Origin: Mytilus edulis
Taxonomy: Eukaryota
DNA: 64,000 nt
NCBI RefSeq assembly: GCF_963676685.1
Contig: NC_092351.1
Location: 81,530,001-81,594,000 of the forward strand
Direction of reading: 5' to 3'
A program made the position numbers and the translations under genes. The notes below the pieces were generated by a model that was not told the DNA's origin, made no database searches, and worked only from the letters and a program-made list of their open reading frames with translations. Each line of letters begins with the position of its first letter. The first letter of the stretch is position 1. Shown here piece by piece: positions 12,700-24,323 of this stretch.

Positions 12700-13250
12700 T
12701 TAAATCAAAGTTCCGAACATATTTCTTGAAAATTCTTAAATAGAAGTAAATCAAATCTATAATTTCGAATTCAAAATGCTTAGATAGTAATAACTTTAAA
12801 ATTCTTCGATATAAGTTAAGCAAAGCTATCAATTCAAAATTCTTAGATAACTATAACTTTAAAATTCTTAAATTCTTAGATAGAAGTTAATTAAAGCTAC
12901 CACTTCAAAATTCTTTAATAGCTATTACTTCAAAATTCTTAAATAGAAGTAAATCAAAGCTATTACTTCAAAATTCTTATATAACTCTTACTTCAAAATT
13001 CTTATATAACTATTACTTCAAAATTCTTATATAACTATTACTTCAAAATTCTTATATAACTATTACTTCAAAATTCTAAAATAGCTTTTACTTCAAAATT
13101 CTTAAATAGAAGTAAATTAAAGCTATAATTTCTTGAAAATTCGTATATAAAGAGGTCGGAAATCATAGAAGTAAATCAAAGCTATTACTTCCAAACTATT
13201 AGATAGAAGTACAGCAAAGCTTTTCAAAATTGTTAGATACAATTACATCA
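12700..13250. repeat. AT-rich degenerate minisatellite (ttcaaaattcttatataactattac, 25-bp core with longer variants)
   Basis: Repeated cttcaaaattctta(t/g/a)ata(a/g) units, most regular at 12960-13100. Confidence 0.85.
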
Positions 13251-13623
13251 AAACACAAACTAATAAAAAGAATATCTATCATAAATGACAAAAACAGAAG
13301 AAGGATTTTTCAAATAAATCAGCAAATATATATAATGTGTCCACAAAATTCAAATTGAAAGTAATGGTAACAATTATTATTAAAATGATCTTAGTATGGT
13401 GAATAAGTCGTACCATGGCCGAAGTATTATATCTAAATATTACTTCCATGGTCGGACATAGGGAAGAAAATCGGGGTCCGAAATGTCCGGAAAATATTAT
13501 TGATGAGCGACCCTTTTTAACAACGGATTTAAACCTTGAATCTGAAATTCAAAACATGTGACCAAACATGCACATGTTGTAAGTTCCTGTACTTCACGCT
13601 GCTATCTTTTATATATACATTTG

Positions 13624-14237
13624 TAAATAATTTAATTTTGGATGTAACGCGTCTTCTGATTGGCTGGAATTATTTTGTTATGAGCCCATAGACATAATTT
13701 AGTCATGTGACCGTAACGTCGTCAACGTTTTTTCATGGTTTTCTACGGTTTAAAATAGAATTTAGAATTAAATTATAAGAAATGACTGAAATATTTTTTC
13801 TGTCTATTCGAAATAACATAAAAAATGTGGTGCACACTGTTAAATAACCCGCTACGCGCGTTATTCAGTGTGCACCAAATTTTTTATGTTATTTCTTCAT
13901 AGACAGAAAAAATATTACAGTCATTCCTTAAATAATTTAGTTTTGGATGTAACGCGTCTTCTGATTGGCTGAGGTTATTTTGTTATGGGCCCATAGACAT
14001 AATTTAGTCATGTGACCGTGACGTTATCAACGTTTTTTCATGGTTTTCTACGGTTTAAAATGAAATTAAGAATTAAATTATAAGAACTGACTGTAATATT
14101 TTTTCTGTCTATTCGAAATAACATTAAAAAAATGTGGTGCACACTGTTAAATAACCCGCTACGCGCGTTATTCAGTGTGCACCAAATTTTTAATGTTATT
14201 TCTTCATAGACAGAAAAATATTACAGTCATTCCTTAA
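13624..14237. mobile_element. Head-to-tail dimer of a ~305-bp palindromic element (Crypton-like non-autonomous architecture)
   Basis: Units 13624-13928 and 13929-14237 are highly similar. Each has a tctgattggc module followed by a ~150-bp palindrome centred on ccgctacgcgcg. Confidence 0.8.
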
Positions 14238-15305
14238 TTAGAAAACATGATACTAAGTAATCGAAACCGCAGGATCGCACACATAAACCTACAGTTTACA
14301 ATCATATGTGTATAATTTACAAATACAGATTATCTTAATTGTTAATTAAATTAATAAGAATTTCTGCAAGAAATACAAACATGTAAAGTAATCCACGTTA
14401 CATTAGCATTAAAAAATAATTAAAATGTTTGTCCGTTCTGGATCTCTCACCAGAGACAAATAATATATTGGTTATTTTCAAATAATAACGAATTTTAAAA
14501 GTGAAAAATTGAATTAAAGTTACTAATCTAAACAATCCGCCTCTTCGTAGTAAATCAAATCACACATTATCTATAGAATAATTATTATATATAAAAAGAT
14601 GTAATTTTGATAAGGTTTTACAAGGATATATTGAAATCATTTGTGGCGGGTGGTTCATTATTTGTGGTTGATAAAAAAGAGAACATAAGTAAACTCGACG
14701 TTCAACGATCTTCAACAAATCTAGCTGTTAGAAATTAACTAGGACTTCTGCCCTTGGAAACTTTTACAAAAACCCAAACATTAATGCACCTATCTAGATT
14801 ATAAATATTGTCAATTTTAAATTGTAAATCCACTTCTTATAATGAAGCTTTTAACCTAGCTAAGAATACTAAAGGAACATAATGTTGGTATATTTTTTCA
14901 AAAAAAAACTCAATGTCATAAAAAAATCATGAAACATTTACATCAAACTAATTGAAGAAACTAAAATTATATAGATTTATATAAATTTCTTAACTGAATC
15001 AAATATAAATGACCAACTAGAATACTACCTATCTTACCTAAATATTAAGGGCATACGATACAGATAGTCACGGTAGTGTCAATAAATATGGATCCGGAAT
15101 TTTAATCGACAGATGGGTTACGGTGTTGGTTTTAAATTTATTATCGCCAGTCGTTAATGACAACATTGGGAACTGTCATGGCGCTAAAACTGTCTCGAGG
15201 TCATAATTAACTGTCCAGTGTTGCGAAAAGACCACTGTTGTTTTACGTTGTTATTGTTATTATTAATTGTTTAAAGATAAATTGGCGAATCTGTTAAGTT
15301 TGACA

Positions 15306-18300
15306 ATGAGTACAAGCACAAGGTGAGCGCAATTGTAAAAGTAGGTCAGGTGAAATTTGAATTCGTAATTTGAAAAAGTACTCAATTCTGTAAGTTTTAT
15401 CCTATAACATTTGCACTTATGTTTGTCATTGTATTTTTCTGCATGTATATACTTGCTATCTCTTCTTCTTCTTTAGGTTTCTAGCGATCCTTCAATTATT
15501 GAAGATTATTCGCCGGGCGTCGACTATAAAATTTATAATTTACATTTTAGCAGGAAAAAATCAAAAATAACAATATCAAGAAAAAACAAAATAACGTATG
15601 TACATTAAAAACTACTTGCTATCTATGTATGAATTCAGCACCAAACATTCAACTTAAATTTGTTATGCAAAAAGAAAACTAAATTATATATAGCAACAAT
15701 GTCAATGTTTACAAAATCTTACACACAATTATATTTTGGCATATAAGATCATATAATGGATGTAAGAAGATGTGGTGTGAGTGCCAAAGAGACAACTCTC
15801 CATCCAAATAACAATTTATAAAAGTTAACCATTATAGGTCAATGTATGGCCTTCAAGTTCAACACAGAGCCTTGGCTCACATAGTCAGAGGTTTCTCTGA
15901 CATCCAACGGCTGTTTTGCCAGACAAGCCGGGGCTGTGGGACGTCAGAGCTCATCCCATATAAAAAAATGGATATTTGCCATACCCAAAATAGATGCGCT
16001 GCTTCGTGGCTTCCGGTGCCGACGGGCAGCCTTGGAATTATATAAATCGGACATCAATCTGTTCATCTTTCATTTATCTCTTCATTTATATAAGTTTCAC
16101 CTACCTGCCACCCTTTATTTTCTCATATTTAGACAGATTTCACAGTGACCCATCTGGGACAGTGTTATAACAACACAAATGAAGAAGAAGTCAATCTGTA
16201 ACAATCTGTTTAAAAAAAAGCTACAACGTATTCAGTGAAAAGTGCTATGAAATTGCAGAGATACATGTACCTGAATTTTGTATTTTATTTAAGCAGAACA
16301 CAATCAATGCTTTGATGATATAAATGTACATGGTAATCATAATATTCTTTTTTTTCCAGCTTAGTACCTTACAGTGCAAGGCAGAAAACTAATAGAGTTC
16401 CTACAATTGATGCTAATAATGATATAGTAGCACCATTAGATTTTTCTTTCTATAGGGTATCTAATGTGGGAGGTAAGAAAGTTTTCATAAATGTACATGA
16501 AAATAAAATTTGACATGTGGCGATGTGTGATGACAATTAAAAAATTTTACTTTTACTTTTCTTTGTCTTCTTGAGGTAATTCATTATTGGTTTCTATTGA
16601 TGGGGAAAAGAATTTTTTTTTTTGGCATGTCAACAAAATGCCGAAAAATTCAGATCTTGCTTCACAGAACATGCATAATGTAAAATCTAGTAATTTAAGC
16701 ATAGATGCGGTCAATTTGTAATTTCCAATGTTCTGATTTTGGTCAAGTTACAATTCTACAATTCTATTAAAAATTTGACTATATTCCAGCAGAAATAGGA
16801 TTTATAATTTACTATAAAAAAAAAATGACATAAAAATCTAAAATGTTTGGAAAAGCAATATTTTATCGTGTGTATAATATCTTTTAGAGTTGTTTGAAAG
16901 ACAGGAAACAAACTTGAATTATGGTTTGCCTTATACATGTACCATAGAGGGAAAAAAGATACCAGTGTGATTTTGAAACTCATAGCTATATATAGATTGA
17001 AAATAAGCTGACCATATCATGGCTAAAAAAGAAAAAGACAAACAGACAAACAATAGTACACAAAACACAACATAGAAAACTAAAGACTAATAAGCAACAC
17101 AAACCCCATCAAAAACTTTATTGACTATAGACGAGATAAGAAAGAAAACAGATTCGTGTTGTAGTGGTTAGTGCATCGGACTACTAACACAAAGGTTCCT
17201 GGTTCGATTCCCGTTTGGGATGAAAATTCCAGGAACTCAATTTTCGGCTCTCCCTTGACACCATCTGCAAGTATGGTCTTGAGGAAACGATGATAGTCCT
17301 TCAGAAGGGGACGATAAATGGCTGACCCGTGTTCAGACACGTTAAAGACACCCTTGAAGATTTCGATAAAGAGTAGGCTAATACCACTACAAGGCAGCAC
17401 TCGCACCCGCAAAGTGGAAAGGGATTAATATAAGTTGCAAAATTTGTTTCCCAATCCACTATAAATAAAAAAAATATGTTTAAACTAAAGAAAACAGATA
17501 ACTACCATGACTACCCTTCTAATTAATTTACAAGATACTATAACATGTATAACATTTTACCCTTTTTTTTTAATAGATGTAAAGGAAGAAGAACCCAGAG
17601 AATCACCCAGAAAAGGGAAACAGCCAGAACCAGAAGGAGGGAAATCATCCAGTAAATGTCTACGTCTTAATAACAATAGTTTAACAGAGGTCGGACCATT
17701 GATGGAACTGGTTGTCACAAAGTTTCAGAATCCATCTTTATTAGCCTGGCTTGATTTGTCCTTTAATGAGTTGACCAATATTCACCCTGTAAGTTTATAA
17801 GATAAAAGAGAAAAATGGAAAAAATGTGCACTTATTTGTACCCTTAATATAAACAAATTATGTATTATGTTTGTATCCTATTATTAAATCAATGAAATGA
17901 ACAATTTTGAAAGGATTGAACGATTCTATGATTTAGCACTATTTTAAGGGGTCAGATAAAGACTCCTTAGGGAGCTACCATTTGATTTTTATGGGGGGGG
18001 GGCTTGGATGAAAAATTTTGTCCTGCTTTTTTTTTTAGCTGTAATCTCTGTCCTGCCTTTTTATTTTTCACTCTGTTTGGTCCTGCCCCTTTTTTTTTAG
18101 TTTATCCTGACTTTTTTTTACCTAAATTGTCGTCCTGACTTTTTTTTTTTTGCAAGTGTCTCATCCTGCCTTTTTTTTTTACTAAAAACTCCTGTCCTGC
18201 CTATTTTTTTCAAATTTCATCCTAGCCCCCTCATAAAAATGAAATGGTAGCTCCCTTATATATAAGTATCATAGATTGTACCACCACTTGTTTATGGATA

Positions 18301-21300
18301 ATTTATCTCAAATTGCCAACAGAAACAAAGTTAAATGTGTACTTAACATTTTTGACTAAACCTATCAATCATAGCATTGTTTTTTAACCAATGGAAAAAA
18401 TCAACTGACAGTGGTGGATGATAATTTAAGAATGGCAGGGATCATTTAATGATGGCATAAGATAATTTAACATTGGTAGTGTGCCATCATGAAACAGTTC
18501 ATGGAGATCCCTGGTATGAACACCTTTGTTTATTTGAAGGAATTCTCAAGGACTTAATTGAAATAGACCTTACCATAGGGCTTAAGGGGGTACCTAACAC
18601 TACAGGGAGATAACTCTGTAAAATCAGCTAAACGTTTTAATTACGTTGTGTTGTTAATGGAATATTAAGCTTCTCAATGATCAAAATTAGTGTTTGTCAA
18701 ACTGCTATATACATGATATAACCAGTGTAATTTTTCTGATAAATTTGTTGGTTCAAATTTTTAGAAATTTTGATATTTTTGTCAAACGGTCAAAATAAAA
18801 ACTTTGTCAAAGTTTTATGAAAATTAAACGAGCCAAATTAATTTTAGTGAAAGTGTTGGGTACCACCTTAATGTCTCTTCATCTTCTTTTTTGAAGACTT
18901 ATGATTTATTATTTTCAGGTTATCACAGAATTTGAAAATTTACAAATTTTATATCTCCATGGAAACGTGATTAAGGATTTAAAAGAAATTGAGAAACTAA
19001 GTGTTATGAAAAGCTTAAGGAAGCTTACATTCCATGGCAATCCAGTAGAAAATTCTAAGGTAAATATATGAGTTGCCACGGTTATTGTTAAGATTATTGC
19101 AGGAACATATAACATCCATATTGTAATACTTGTGTCCTTTGTCAACGTCTTATTGTCAGTTACATTGCCTTGAACGAAAATTTTGATACATAAATAGTAA
19201 TCAAGATATATACAGTAAATTACACAAATATGAATGCACACAAATACACTTTACTGTTTGTTAAATTTTGTAAAAAAATTTCAACTTGAAAATAGACACA
19301 GGTATCTTCCTTGAGGGCAGATGGACACATCCTTTATCCGACATAAGTTTGCTCAAACAAATGAAACATGTATGACAGATTGTGTTTGAATTTGGTGGCA
19401 TCACCTAAAAGTTCTGGAGATGAGTTACGGGCCCCTTCATAACATTATGTGTGTCCAATGGATATATTCTTTATTTATTTTGTTAAGAATCTAAAGCCCC
19501 AGTCCCACTAGACCACGATCGCACCACGCTGATGAGGTGGTGAGGTCGCGGTATGAGCGGCATGAAAATGTTAATTTTCGTTGCTTTCACGATGCTACTA
19601 CGTCCTACCACGATTATACTACGTTCATACCGCGATCTTACTACGTTCTCAGCAATACCGTCAATATCGTGTTTCATATCAATATAGTTCCATGCCTTCT
19701 ATTTCTGATTAAAACGGAGATTTCTCGGAAACAATACAGTCATGCCACCAAAATCTACTAGAACACATGGGCGTGGTGGTAGGGGTTGATGTAGGGGCAG
19801 AGGGAGCAAAGAATGAACGCCATACTAAACTCCAAATAGTACACAAGAAACTAAAATTAAAAATAGTACAAGACTAACAAAGGCCAGAGGCTCCTGACTT
19901 GGGACAGGCGCAAAAATAGTGGGGTAAAACATGTTTGTGAGATCTCAACCCTCCCCCTATACCTCTAGCCAATGAAGAAAAGTAATCGCAGAACAATACG
20001 CACATTAAAATTCATTTTAAGAGAAGTCCGAGTCTGATGTCAGAAGATGTGACTAAAGAAAATAAACAAAATGACAATAATACATAAATAACAACAGACT
20101 ACTAGCAGTTAACTGACATGCCAGCTCCAGACTTCAATTAAACTGATACTATACACATAAGTAGTATAATACTTATCATCAAGAGATGTCGGAAAGACCA
20201 ATCAAACCTAAATTACAACCTATTGCTGGTCCATAAAGCTCAAATGACGAAATGTTAGTGAACCATAGCAGAGATGACACAGATGTGTCAATATATATAT
20301 AGGAAGATGTGGTATGAGTGCCAATGAGACAACTCTCCATCAACGTAAAAATCTATAAAAGTAAACCATTATAGGCCAATGTACGGCCTACAATACGGAG
20401 CCTTGGCTCACACCGAACAGCACGCTATAAAGGGCCCAAAAAATACTAATGTTAAACCATTTAAACGGGAAAAACCAACGGTCTATTCTATATAAAAACG
20501 AGAAGCATGGTTGAGTCGTTAGAGCAAATGGATAAATACATTCAAACAAACAAAATCTAGGGAGTTTTTTTTTATATATTTTATGTGAAAATGACAATAA
20601 AAATGATGGTCGTAGTGTGAACGTAGTAAGGTCGTGAGAAGAGCGTGATGAGGACTGCAAGGGGGTGCTAGAATCGTACTATGGGCGTGAACAGCGTGGA
20701 AAAGTCGTAGTGGAAGCGTAGTTGGGTCGCGGTGAGAACGTGATGGTCGTAGTAAGGTCGTAATAACGTCGCTGTGAGATCGTAGCACAATCTCTCCAAA
20801 TAGAATCACGCTCTCGCTACGATTGTACAGCGACCTTTGCGATCTTACTACGATCTTAGTGCGCTCTCACTAGGCTTATACTACGACCTAATTTCGCCAC
20901 GACCGCACCACGATTGTTTTGAACATGTTCAAAGTTGGTCACGCTCTTCACGATCTTGAAGACCTCACCACGACCGTGGTACGACCTTACTGCGACCTAC
21001 ACGATCGTACCACGATCATCAAAATTTCCATTTTTTTCACAGATCGTAGTGGGATCGTGGTCTAGTGGGACTAGGGTATAACGACTAGTAGATAAGCAAT
21101 TCTAATGCAACAACGTTTGCAACGTTCATTTTGATTGGATAACGTCACTTATTTACATGGCATCATTGACAATTGATGCTGTGGGACGTACACCCAAGCG
21201 CAGACGGCATATGACAGATTTTAAATACATGTTTTAACATTGTTTTCTATCAGTTTCATTAGAATGAAGATAACAATATTGTATTTTAAGCTCCAACTGC

Positions 21301-21634
21301 ATCGATTGGGGATTTGATGGTCACAAATATTCGTTTACTGTCTGCGCTACAGCGTCGCCAGTAAACTTAATTTGCGACCATCAAATTCCCAATTGATGCC
21401 ATGAGAGCTTTAAATTCAATACAGTTATCTCCTAATTAGCTTTTACACGATTTGAATGTGCATTATATCTTTCATTTGTAGGGATACAGACAAAATGTCT
21501 TGTCAATGCTTCCACGGTTAGAGAATTTGGACTTTAGCAGAGTGACAAAGGCTGATAGAATGACAGCAAATACCTGGGCTCACATGAATGCTAATGCTAA
21601 ACATAAGAAGAAGAAAAATACTGATGATGATTGA
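15306..21634 (+). CDS. LRRC51: Leucine-rich repeat-containing protein 51; exons 15306-15322, 16360-16472, 17577-17788, 18919-19059, 21482-21634 (211 aa)
   Basis: Spliced protein contains APLDFSF, EEPR, CLRLNNNSL, LAWLDLSFNELTNIHPVI, LYLHGNVI, LRKLTFHGNPVENSKGYRQ and LDFSRVTKADR, matching the LRRC51 pattern throughout. All introns are GT-AG and in phase. The 17-nt first exon is the least certain. Confidence 0.93.
17151..17483 (+). mobile_element. tRNA-derived SINE with Nin/Deu-like core (LRRC51 intron 2)
   Basis: A/B boxes (tagtggtta, ggttcgattcc) and body nearly identical to 11683-12024. Confidence 0.85.
17969..18256. mobile_element. MITE with AGGGAGCTACCATTTGATTTTT TIRs
   Basis: Inverted termini and internal tcctgc + T-run repeats. 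Copy at 43020-43227; degraded copy at ~42480-42770. Confidence 0.85.
18586..18867. mobile_element. TTAA-flanked MITE with GG(T/G)GGTACC ends (Kolobok/piggyBac-type target)
   Basis: ttaa|gggggtacctaacact ... agtgttgggtaccacc|ttaa. Copies at 33603-33876 and 34847-35220. Confidence 0.85.
19495..21078. mobile_element. PIF/Harbinger-type MITE with TAA TSD and nested retro-derived fragments
   Basis: taa|agccccagtcccactagaccacgatc ... gatcgtggtctagtgggactagggta|taa; cacga/tcgtag subrepeats. Nested Naiad 3' UTR fragment (19822-20147) and second repeat (20300-20500). Confidence 0.85.
19822..20147 (-). mobile_element. Naiad PLE 3' UTR fragment nested in a MITE
   Basis: Highly similar to 56095-56425. 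Confidence 0.85.
21090..21436. mobile_element. Palindromic element (tgattgg module + ~170-bp palindrome)
   Basis: ggggatttgatggtcacaaat..gtttactg ... cagtaaac..atttgcgaccatcaaattccc, centred on gcgctacagcgtcgc. Ends ~45 nt before LRRC51 exon 5. Confidence 0.7.
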
Positions 21635-24164
21635 GAAAACAATATTTCAAATTAATCATATACTTTGTGTTGAATTTGACCTTTAAGAATTTAATGCATT
21701 CTGGGTAATTTTTTCAAAAGTGTACACTGAATCACTTTGATTAGCTTACAACTTATAAAACATTTGAAATTCGCCCAATGATATACATTGCTTTAAATTT
21801 GGGGTATGAATAATGAAATTATCCAGAATGCATTAGATTCTAAAACAGTGAATTGTTTGTTAATTATCATGAGCATGAAGTACTTATGGGATTATTAAGA
21901 AAATGAACAATGTCTGTTATATTTGAATTAGCTTTGTGGAATTTTGAATATGTTATATACATGCACATGTGTATATTTATAAAAATTCATGAGTTCAAAA
22001 AACTAATTTATCATGTTTATCACACCTGAAAGGGAAACATGTTGTTGAATTGAATTGAATAATATTTTTTTTAAATTTTCATTCAGTTTCCCTTTCAGTT
22101 GAAGATCCCAATTACATGTACTTAGATAAGGTTTAAAGAGTATCACCTAAAAAATTATGGTAGCTTAGATATGATATGGTAAAAAAGAATCATACTCATG
22201 ACAATAACATGGACTTATGTACACACCATCAACCTTGTGTAGTTAAGAACAGATTTGCTAACTTATTTATTTGCATTTAGCAAAAGATCTAGGTAAATTA
22301 TGGAGAGTACAGAATTTCAAGTAGATAGAATCACAGCAGTTATAAAATCATATTTTAATACCCTTTAGTTTTTCAAAAAATTTAACAAATTTAAAAGTTT
22401 TATTTTGAATATTTATGTTAAATTTCCATATATTGTCAAAAAAGGACAAATTTGACACTTTTTATTATTATTCTTCTATTATAATATTTTAGTATGGATA
22501 AGACATCATGCTACATTAAAATGTTAATATTATGATTTTGTTACTTTCAACATATTCAGATTTGCATTTGAAATGAACTAAGCTATTTATAATTTGGGGT
22601 ATGATACAGAACTTTGTAAAATATGTATTATTAATTGTAAGATAAGATGTGACAGTTTATATACTTTGGTTTGTTATTATTTATTATTTTTCTTTGTGAT
22701 TTAAGTTATAAAGTAGAATTCTTTATTTGAAAGGATTTGTTTTTACAGAATAGTTTGAACATTATAAGAGTTATAAAGTTGATCCTAAAATGACAATTAC
22801 CAGATTTATTTGTTTAATAGGATATCGAACAATTCTTTTGATATTTGTTTAATTGTATTTGCTGCCTTATTTAATTCTTTATTATAGCTATATCTTTACA
22901 ACAATTTGATATTTTTCCCTTTCAAATTTTTTTTTTGTATGAAATTATGTACTGCTAAGTGTAAGATTATTATGTCCTCAATTTAAAAAAAAATCATGGT
23001 TATATAATTATTATATATTAATATATACCTACATTTACCTTGTATAAGTTAGATTTCTTTGATGAAAAAAAGATTGAAACATGTTTTTAAGGTTGTAAAT
23101 TTTCATACACCCATTACCTCAGATATGAAAAAAAAATCTAAATTACAACAACTGCAAAATATGCAAAACGAACTACTATCTACTGGTTTTGATGTAACAT
23201 GCATTATGCCCCCTTTTTTAAAGAATGAATCATTGATAATGTTGCATTGAAACTATTTTTTATTATAATTTTTTTAGTGCATTTTTATTTGATATTCTGT
23301 GATAAAGGCAGTGCTTTCTTTGTATTATAATATAATTTTAATAATGACATTAATGCAGCTTATGCTGAGTTATGTCCAAAGACATTCCATTTTGTTTATA
23401 TAAATATCTTATTATTTCTTGATTGTTCAAAGAAGAATGTCATGAACTGGTGGGTCTATAATGAGTAAAAATTGACCCCCTACAGAGTGATATTTGTTTT
23501 TATGAAATAATTTCATGTGACACTAAAGTTTCAGAGAACCATATTTTTTTTTAATCTTAAATGGTGTTTTTTTTTTTTATTTTTTTTTTTTATCTATATA
23601 ACTACTATTATCAGATAATTCAAACTTTACAGAGTCACAAATCAATTTTTTATCATGATTTATATATTGAACTGATTGAGTGATTCTTAATGATCATTGT
23701 TTATTGTTATATAGAACAGTAATAAATCTCTTTATGAGTGATGTAATTATGTTTTTATAAGAAGCAGGGCCTTTTTGGCCTACTGGTCTTATAGTCCAAC
23801 TACTGTATCATCAATCTGTCAACACAGATGTTGTGATTTAGAATCCTGCTCATGTCAAGTGCGCTCAGCTACTGTAACAATTTAAATTGGCTAGGATTGT
23901 CAGTTTTCATACTGAAGGTCTTGTGACTCTCTGCAAGCATTCTGGTTTTCAATATTTATTAAAAATGTTAAATATTTAAAGTCTGAAGAAGAGAGACTGC
24001 ACTGGTTTATATAGAATAAGGAGATAAAGTATAATTGCCTATGAGATAACTATCAAACACAACCGAAATGACATTTATTTAAGCAAATTCGGTCACTGTA
24101 ATGCCCTCAACAATTAGCCAAATCAATACTGTATACAGTTTGTCAACAATTATACATGACAAAT

Positions 24165-24323
24165 TCTTTAGGAATTTTGGTTGTCAAAGCTCTTCAACAT
24201 AGTTCTTTATTTGGCCTTTTTACCTTTTTTGAATTCAAGCATCACTGATGAGTCTTTTGTAGACGAAGGGCTCGTCTGGTGTAAATACAAAATTTAAATC
24301 ATGGTATCTATGATGAGTTTATT
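24165..24323 (+). mobile_element. Retrozyme-like repeat fragment with degenerate type I hammerhead
   Basis: catca CTGATGA gtc ttttgta gac GAAG ggctc GTC tggtg: stems I and II pair, but GAAA is mutated. Related degenerate copy at ~38262-38290. Confidence 0.55.

Noticed and set aside
17151-17225. Possible tRNA gene (also 11950-12024 and 45052-45146)
   Set aside because: A/B boxes are present, but there is no clean acceptor stem and each continues into a repeated body; these are SINE-type heads.
18915-19241. Minus-strand 108-aa ORF, and similar antisense ORFs at 9051, 29058, 32947, 34168 and 36456
   Set aside because: Antisense shadows of real exons on the opposite strand.
21632-23730. Sec read-through of the LRRC51 TGA stop (and likewise the oxidoreductase TGA at 7618)
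   Set aside because: The stops fall at the expected protein ends and I found no SECIS-like hairpin downstream.
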